Below, one piece after another: positions 38,213 through 47,058 of a stretch of 47,058 nt of DNA (positions are counted from its first letter, which is position 1; each line of letters opens with the position of its first letter). The translations under genes and the position numbers were made by a program. Origin of the DNA: Kudoa neothunni. Its lineage: Eukaryota; Animalia; Cnidaria. The stretch spans positions 9,756,057-9,803,114 of the forward strand of contig OZ199840.1 of NCBI GenBank assembly GCA_964304625.1, in the 5' to 3' direction. The notes beneath the pieces are model-generated. The model ran no database searches. It was not told where the DNA came from and saw only the letters and a list, made by a program, of their open reading frames with translations.

Positions 38213-41099
38213 TTATTTATTTCTGTAGGCCATAAAACCTCCTATTCCTCCGATAACTATAATTGCAACAACAACCGACACTATAATGCTAAACGAAAAA
38301 ATTAAAAAACAACTACTCACATCACATACATTGTTTTATTGCCTGACCTATAAAATAATAATCACATAAAAAAATAATTATAAAATAAATTTACGTTGAT
38401 TTGCTACCAGATGCACCTAAAATTAGAGTTATACAATATTTCTAAGTATTTAAGAATAGGATTACCTTTATCAATTTCAGCTGTACCAAATACTGACCTA
38501 TCCCTGCTGTAGTATACGGTCAAATGATAGTCGTTTAGATCCTCAACATTTTCAATCGTAAAAGTCTTACAATTCGGAAGGGTCGTACAATCACCCCCTC
38601 TGCTACTCAGACATTTTTTAACGGTTGGTCTAGCCACGTCGTTTGAATTAATTAACACCCATTTACATTTTGACTCCCCATCTATTCCAACTGGAAGTAT
38701 GGTCGTTATCTGTAATGTTGTATCGTCACGTACTATACTAACAAACAATTTTTTTGTTAGATCAGTTGGGTCTTCAACTATTGGCTCTAAATTATATTTT
38801 TTAGCAATCGTTAATGATGTATAATTTTTAATATATATTGTAAAATAATAACTTGGGGCTAGAATGATGGAAGTTTCTTCAGAACGATCAACAGCTGTAA
38901 CCAAAATTTTATATTCTTTCGAAGCATCGTAACCTTCACTGAATATAATATTGTTACAATATGGTACTTCGGAGCATGATTTAGTATCGTTCGATGTAGT
39001 TTCTGACGATTGTTCTACTGTACCAACTCTTGCAATGGAAACATTTTCTACATTAATTAATGATTCAGCCAATGGTGGTTGAATTGATTCTGCAGGACAT
39101 GAATATATTGTATCCCACGATTCTCCATTTTTAACAGTGATTTTATAATGGCATTTCGCGTCACTAATCGGTGTAGACAATTTTCCTATCACTTTATATC
39201 CTTTGTCCAATGTTCCCTTCGTAAGAGTAAGAGTCGAATAAGCTATCGTATTTATATAAATAATAGTTCATTCAATTATTGTACTCGTTTTAATATTGGT
39301 GAATGTGGTAGAACCATATTCTTCATATGCAACCACTTTAATATCGTAGGTAGTATTCGGTTCGAGATTAATCAAGGTCTTGGGCTCCTTACATAAACCT
39401 CTACAAGGATTACTATCTGAACAAGTTGCCTCCACAAATTTATTTTTTTCTGCTATACTGACAAAGTAATCACATGTGGGTTCAGTTGTTTCGGTTCCGG
39501 GATCACCGACAATTGCTTTAACTATGCTAGTTGAATCACCTGCAGAAGGTTTTTCAGTATTAAAATTTTTGTCAGTTTTTTTATCTTAAATTAAAGATGA
39601 ATTCGAATATTATGATAATATTGTTACTTGTTTGGACGAAAATATATTCCTTAAAATCCGAACTCTCATTTATATTACTTTTGGATATCACTAACGTGAC
39701 CGCTCTTCCGTCCGGTAAACCTGTAACCGTGTAGGCAGCGGTACAAACGGTAGGGCAATCGGTACCGCTACCTGATGTGCAAGTTGGAGCTTTGGTATAA
39801 GTATTTCTGGTAGTATCGGCATGGTAGTATTTAATTGCACATTGAGTAAATCTTTCGGTATTACCTGATGATGCGAATAATGGCAAATTTATTTTCACCC
39901 CTGCGTCCCCCACTGTTATTAATGCATTTTCGTTTTCATTTGGTTCGAGAATGGCTATTAAAGTATTAAAAAAACTATTATTTATTATTTTTACCAAATT
40001 TTTTGTATTTATATCCTTCAAATTCTTCGTTTGCATTTGTTGCTAATTTGTGGTGTCTTTTCTGGACCAATATTTCAACAACTGGCTTTGTTGGATCAAG
40101 TGTGAGTTCTACGTCGTTACAGGGAGCGTAGCATGCTTTGTCATTCTGCTCGCATTTTGAGGTAAAAGCAGATGGTTGTGCAGGTGTAGCACTCGACCCA
40201 TCCCTGATACTAAACAAGCATATTTCACTAGGAATTGGATTCGTAAATTTAAGTTGGTATTTAGTTTTTTCGGTTTCAGATTTATATCTAACGTAGAATT
40301 GTGGCTTGTAAATGTCTATATTTTCTTTCATATAATAGTTTGGCATGTGGTAGTAGAAAATCGGGTAATCAGTACATCTTACTTCAAAATATGGTATTTT
40401 TACGCCGTATTCCACTGCGTCATCATCATTTCCACTTGCAGAAGTCAAACAGTTTTCTCCTTGAGGCACTTCTTTATATTTTATTCCTTTATAATAAATT
40501 GGACAAGCCGCTGGTTTACAAGTTGTGGCTTGTAACCTCAGTAAATAATCGTTATGCGTAGATGCCCCTATGTTTGGATCCACCAATAATGCTAATAATT
40601 CATTAATAATGGAAAATAGACAACTATCATACGTATTGGTAGACCAAACACTTTGGCTCCACTTTTAACACCACCGTTTTTTAGGCCGTCTGCGGATGCT
40701 TCATCTTTTATATAAATATATTTTGATCTGGGTGAAAGCTTGTCGTAATCATGCTTATTATCAACCCCAGCACAAGTTCGGATACACTTATTATTAACAT
40801 CACTCTCCTTACCTTCACATGTGTCTATTTCTTCGTAGTTGGTACCCAATGAATTTTCTCGCATTATGTGGCACTTTTTACTGTTTTCATAATCCGTTCC
40901 TTTCAACTCGATATGAAATTTAAAATTGGCGACAGTGGCCTCATGTATCTGATAATACACTTCTCTAGTAGGAGCAGATGCTGAAGCGTCAGCTGAGTAA
41001 CATTCATTCGAAACTGAACAATAATTACTAAGTAAAAGATATAATTAATTTACGTGAAAATATAATGAGAAAAATGTGAAGAATTATATTCGGAGCCAT
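38213..41099 (-). CDS. Paralog E (~825 aa): divergent N-half, A/B/C-like C-half
   Basis: Introns 41014-41053, 40592-40632, 39955-39994, 39585-39627, 39243-39284, 38787-38852, 38417-38465, 38348-38394, 38289-38329; exons sum to 2478 nt. N-terminus MAPNIILHIFLIIFSLSNECYS; ends TM-RNK-stop. Confidence 0.9.
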
Positions 41100-41648
41100 T
41101 AAAAATTAAACCAAAAAAGTTTATCCGTTATAATATCGATTCCTTTATTATACTTCGTAATTCAATTCAAAGTAGTCTATGAATACTTCCGCAAATCATT
41201 CATATCTTCTCTATTGTTAATAATCTCAGATATGGCTTTAGATATGATTTGTGATAAACTATATGAAAATTCATTAATTTATTTTGTAAATATTGATTGT
41301 TCTTTAAATTTTTGATCTATTTTTAATATTTATGACATAATTTTACTGCAAAGGATTATACAATTTTATCAACCATTAATTTTTTATTTTCTGCCTAGTT
41401 AAACTTTATATAAAATTTTTTATTGAATACGTGCATAAATATAATATAATTAAACAAATTTGTGTATGATTTCCTATTTATTTTTTTGTTAGATACGATT
41501 TATCCTAAAAATAATATATCTTGTTTAATTAATTAGAAGCTAAAGATATTGTTAGGTACGATTGTCTCGTTTATTTTAATTACGTATCGTTTTGTTAACT
41601 AATCCACATTTTTGCCTATTTTTTGTTGTTACATGCATGACCTTTTCA

Positions 41649-41668
41649 TAACTAACTAACTAACTAAC
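41649..41668. repeat. (TAAC)5 microsatellite
   Basis: Read directly from the sequence. Confidence 0.85.
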
Positions 41669-43895
41669 GAAAGAGCAATAGCGCATCAATCATTAGAATT
41701 GTCATTTTATTATTTAATCACAAATGAATCAAGATATATATCCACAATAATAATTCGAATTGTCAATTATATCTCGAAAATATATTTTGATAAAATTCTT
41801 ATTAGTATTTAAAGAATAAATATTATTATAAATAGCTATATTTTACATTATGTAAACAAATTTGGCAATAACTTTAAAATTCAACGAATAATGTATTTAA
41901 ATAGTGTTAATAATTTTAACTTCGAATTTATCAAAAATGTTGCAATCGTTTTTGCATATATATTAACATCATAAAGACAAACAATTTAATCAAACAAAAT
42001 TAAATGTTTTTTAAATAAATTTCTTTTAAATTATAAATCTGTTTAAAAAGCTAATTAAGGTTTCGAATAATGTATTTATACGTGTTTTTATAATTAGTTA
42101 ACTTATTATTTTAATTATTTTTAATAATTTTTAACACAGACGTTAACAATAAAAGTAAATGTAAAAACGTGAATTTTCTTAATTGCTCAAAGTAGCATTA
42201 TAATTTCTTTTTCAATAGATCCCATTACGCTAAGTTAAAAATTCTACCTTCAGCCTCTGTACAGAAAATATATAATAAAAATTTGTATCATTATGAATAT
42301 TGTCATCAATTTAAGAAAAAATATAAAAAAATAATCCAATTATTTAAAATTGAAAAATGACTTACTATATTTTTATTTTCATAAATTAAGTCATTTCTAC
42401 GAGATTTCCTGTGTAATGAAGCTAAGGGATGTTCAACATTATACAAAAATTATTTTCAGTGAATAAAATTCAGCGCAAATGTATTTATAACTAATTTTTC
42501 GTATAATAATTTATAACGAAAAATTTGAAAAAATTTCCTTAGGTCTGGTCTAGTCTAATTTAAAGATTCAAAATATTTTTGCATATAAATAATTGATATA
42601 TATTTACTGTAATACTCGAAAAGTTTAATTATAATAAGTTTCAGTTTAATATTAACTTATTAATAGGGGTGAATTTGAATAATGATAAAAAATAATTTTT
42701 AAATTAAAAAACATCGAAAATATGTGAGCAATTATAATTATTTTGCCTCATTAAAAATTATAAATGTATACGGCTATGCCCAATGAGGAATTAATAATAT
42801 TTTTAAAGTAGTTTTTTCTGCTGTATCTTTGGTTCCTTTATTTCTTTATTTGGCCGAAGAAGATTCGAAACAAGAAAATTAGTACGTAGTGATGATTTTT
42901 GTATATCAGACTATTTCATTATCCACATATTTTTATTAAAAATAATGATATACCCGTAATGTTAATGCTACATTTGAACGTGGTAATAAGTTTTGCGACA
43001 ATAACAATGCGAATAAATGCGTTTACCTTAAGATTTTTTAGTTTATATTATGACCTAATGAATCATATTATGATCTTAAAAATATCATGCCGCTCGCGAG
43101 CTACGAGTTGTCTGTTTCTATCCGAAATAAACTGTGCAAATACTTAATATAACTTAATTATAAAAATTAACTGATTAAATTAGTATTATATTATTATTAT
43201 CTCTATATAAGAAATTACAAATAAAAATTTATGTTAAATAAATAATAAATCTAACGACTTTTAATACATATACCTAAATTAAATTTTTATATCAAGTGAA
43301 ATACATAAACTAAGACTGTCGGTCACTAATAAATTAATATTAAAATAGAAAAGATTAAACAATATTAATAAAACGAGTATATACTGCGATATTAATTTTA
43401 CAGAAAAAATATATCAAAATTAAAATAATATTATAGTGAGATAATAAATACTATTCTAAATATAAATTTATGCTCTAAATCCTAAATAATATCATTAGTA
43501 GTGATAATTGAGTCTGCAGTGTCTGATCAGATGATTTGATAGGGGTTATTTCAACTTCCAAAAAGCGAAAATGTATACCAACCTAAATATGTGTAATTAG
43601 AAAGTATTAGTCATTACTTATCTAATGATTTACAGCGCTATTATTGCGACCCCAAAAACTGAGAATATAGTAATTATCAAGTATCCTAAGCAGAGCAATT
43701 TAGATAATTGTTATTATTCGACGATTACTTTTAGCAGTTAATCCCATGAGTGTTTCCGTAATAAAAACATTTCTAAAAAATATCATTATATTTTTAGAAA
43801 AATTATCAAATTTTTATTTATACAATATTAAATTAATTTTTATATAATACAATAAATGAAATTACGAGTTAATAAATATAGAAGGAACGAATTTT

Positions 43896-46251
43896 TCATT
43901 TTTGATGACCATAAAATCTTCTGGGCTAATAAAAATTTTAGAAAAAAACTAATTATTGTCACTACATAACAAAATATGCACAACGTCCTTCTTTGTTGCA
44001 ATACTGTTATATTGTTTAGTAAAGTTTTCGCAAATTAAAAGATTACTTGATTTTTCCCACACACAACGTTGTTGCAAGAAGTAAAATTTTTGTATTCGGG
44101 CTCGCATACTCCCATTACACAAAACTAAATATAGCCGAATTCACATTGATTAAATTAACATCATTACTATTCCTTTAGGACATTTTATATTTCTACAATT
44201 ATTTCTATTTAAGTCCGCATCAGTGCATTTGTTATTGAGACACATCTAATAGATAAAAATTTTATTTAGAATAAATCGACAAAAAATGTTACTTTATTTT
44301 CACCACACTTATGGCCGTTTGGAATTAATCCAAAAATAGATGCAGAAACATTTTTTACATCAACTCTAATATTGGATTAAATTTTTATTAATTTTTTATT
44401 ATTACACGCACGATTCATCCTCTTTCGTAGTTCTGTAACCAAATCCGCTCCATTTAGTTTCATTGTTCGCTAAGCAGGAAAGGACGCCACAATATGATCG
44501 TCTAATAAAGTTAATTAATTATTAAATAAGAATCTTATTCTACTCAGTTCTTTCATTATATGGAGTTAGATCGTAACTGCCTCTCCTGTCCGTTAGTTCG
44601 TTACACTTTGTTTCGTGAGTAATTTTCACTATGAGTCCGGTTAATGTTCCAAAAAAAACATCGTAACAAATGCACATACTAGAATTATGTTGGATTTTAC
44701 ATTGTTGGTTCGCATTTGGACATATTCCATTAGCACAATATGCCTGAAAATAATATATAAAAAAACTCTGAATTATAGTTGTCTACTAACATTGTTAGAG
44801 CGACAAGGTGTTCCATCTGGCTTGGCAACTGTCATCGGGCACTAAATAAATTTTCTTTTATATTACGTATCGCATATACATATATGCACATATGGACTAT
44901 TTCCCAAACATTGTATTTCAAAATTTGCATTCATCAGCTCTACGACACACATGATTTCTTTTAAACTAGATAATAATTATCACAGTTTATCGACAACAAA
45001 ATCCATCATAACATAAATATGGTTACTTTGCAGGAAGAACAACACTCACCTGCGGAGCACTCTGCTCCAGGTTTAAGTTTGCATGTTGTCATGTCGCAGC
45101 ATTTGAATTCACCATTGTTGACACAATTAGCCTCAAACCCACAGTCGCACTCCTCGCCTGGGTCTATCATGCCGTTTCCACACACTTGTAATACAGGATG
45201 GTTGACGTTGTTCTAGGAAATATTTGATGGAATTATTTATTAAATTACCAATCCATAACATATATTTAATCACAAGTAGAAAGTCATTTTCATGATATTT
45301 CTCAAGGTGTTTATTTATCATTTCGAAGCTCTTTTCACTAAATGCTGTTGGATATGGCAAGTTTATTGGCCTAAAACCTCAATAAATGACACAACTCATT
45401 TCATTAATATATACCATGGGCCATACACAGAACGCATAATACATCCGTATCGTTCATCGAGACATTTGCTCTCTAAATATATTATTATTTTATGTTTATT
45501 ACATCCATATTTCCTTCACTAATTTTAAAGCTTTAACTTACCTAATTTTTCAACATGTGAGCAACCCATTAGGTGGCCTAATTCATGAGAGAATGTTCTA
45601 TGATCCATTTGCCGGTCATATTGTTCACCTCGTAATATCTGTTTGCAGGGTGAGTCCATTATACAACAATTGACATTAAACCTTAACAAGGGATACACCG
45701 AATGCTGGAAGTGTATTGGGATAATATCTTGATAAGCCAACATTTGTCGTGCTTTCCCAATAATCTCGATAACTAGGTTCAAAATTTTCTACTGACTTAC
45801 ACCGAAACAAATTACACGAACATTAAATGATATCCACTATTGATTGAGGATTTTTCAATGAAATTTAGAAAGTCACGGGCCATCATTACCAAGTTACGGC
45901 CCTTTTCCTCGAAAGGGGTCCAATCGAATGACTTTGCTATTATTTTTATGTTGTGCCATGCAAAAGACTATATTTTCGTTTAAAATAATTGATTATCATA
46001 AAAAGCGATAAATACCTGCATTGATCTTACTACCGTGTCTCTCATATAGGTGGGTCTTTTATCATTAATTATAAGCTAGAGCATTTGATAAAAGAAAATA
46101 GACCATGTTGGTACCGTGCTCAAACCTTTATATATGTTTATATGAACGTATCGAGGTTTATCCATTCTTTTAATGTATCTAATATTTGAAGGCAACTAAA
46201 ATACGTAATAATTTATATGTTCAGCCAACTATTCACTTGATATTTGTTGGT
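43896..46251 (-). CDS. ADAM/reprolysin (M12B) metalloprotease with disintegrin and Cys-rich domains, many mini-introns; 5' end unresolved
   Basis: [11 protein letters not shown] zinc motif (~45554-45586), Met-turn GCIMR, disintegrin [16 protein letters not shown]...[25 protein letters not shown], Cys-rich [37 protein letters not shown]. Stop at 43962, or 43896 if one more 45-nt intron is used. One apparent frameshift near 44920. Confidence 0.85.
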
Positions 46252-47058
46252 AGCATCTACAGTAAAAATTAAGTTCAAATTCAGAATTTATTAGGGAAGT
46301 AAAAAATTAAGAAACCTTTTTTAGTTATTGAAATAAGAAAAATAAAATTTATAATGTTAGATAACATTATAATACAAACGTTTTCTTATTCGTTAAAGTC
46401 TTTCTCAGTAGTTAATCCGAAAATCATGGGTTTACCTTAACTGTCCTACAATCAGATCAATATATTTTTGTGGTTTTACCGATAAAAAATATAGTGAAAT
46501 GAAATTGATAATAATTCCAACATAAGCATTGTATATTATATTTATTGCTAAAATAACTATATGAAAATATTTAATAATTTTGTTAACATTATAAAGAGTC
46601 TTTTATGGGAAACTGACAAAATAATCTTATTTATGAAATTTTTAGGAAAAGATCAAGGTATTTCTTCTGAGTATTCTTGGATATTTCAGAATTACTTAGA
46701 CAAACAATAATTAGTTAGTCCTAAATTACGACTAAAATCCCCTAATTTTGTATTATTTTGCTGATATAACTTATTCTATAATAATTGTTAATGGATGTTG
46801 TGTTTATTAGTCTTATATTTTTCGTTAGAAATGCAACTTCACACATTCATCACAAATTTGGTCGTGGTAATAGGATAGAGGCTATTTTAACGATAGATAT
46901 TATTCGGGCGACACCTGTTTTGATTGTATTAATTTGTCACATATAAAAGCGAAGAGATGAGCTAGAATCAATGGTTAAAATGTAGAATAATGGTTGTAAT
47001 CCAAAGGAAGTGGCTATTGACAAGGATCACAATGTCCAAGTAGGTATAGTTTTGACTG

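Noticed and set aside
1-47058. CRISPR array, DGR template repeat or other prokaryotic system
   Set aside because: No repeat-spacer array or reverse transcriptase seen; paralog differences are not adenine-specific; the sequence is intron-rich eukaryotic.

Overview
AT-rich eukaryotic (animal-type) DNA with very short GT-AG introns, mostly 38-49 nt. It is not prokaryotic; a compact-genome animal such as a myxozoan parasite is a plausible but unproven source. The ORF track fragments join into a tandem array of five paralogous 10-exon genes on the minus strand (A 1-2372, cut by the window edge; B 6579-9460; C 20426-23284; D 26520-29428; E 38213-41099). Each complete copy encodes a ~820-aa type I membrane protein: signal peptide, six to seven 4-Cys modules with fibronectin-III-like strand motifs on symmetric phase-1 exons, one TM helix and a tiny tail. 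The copies are patchwork mosaics of one another, with variable loops in the membrane-distal modules and a homogenised stalk. This makes them a candidate diversifying surface-antigen or recognition system. The spacers hold decayed transposons: Merlin/IS1595-like with long TIRs, a Helitron, piggyBacs, two Tc1-like elements and two solo LTRs with 5-bp TSDs. A multi-exon ADAM/reprolysin gene with no TM helix lies at the right end.
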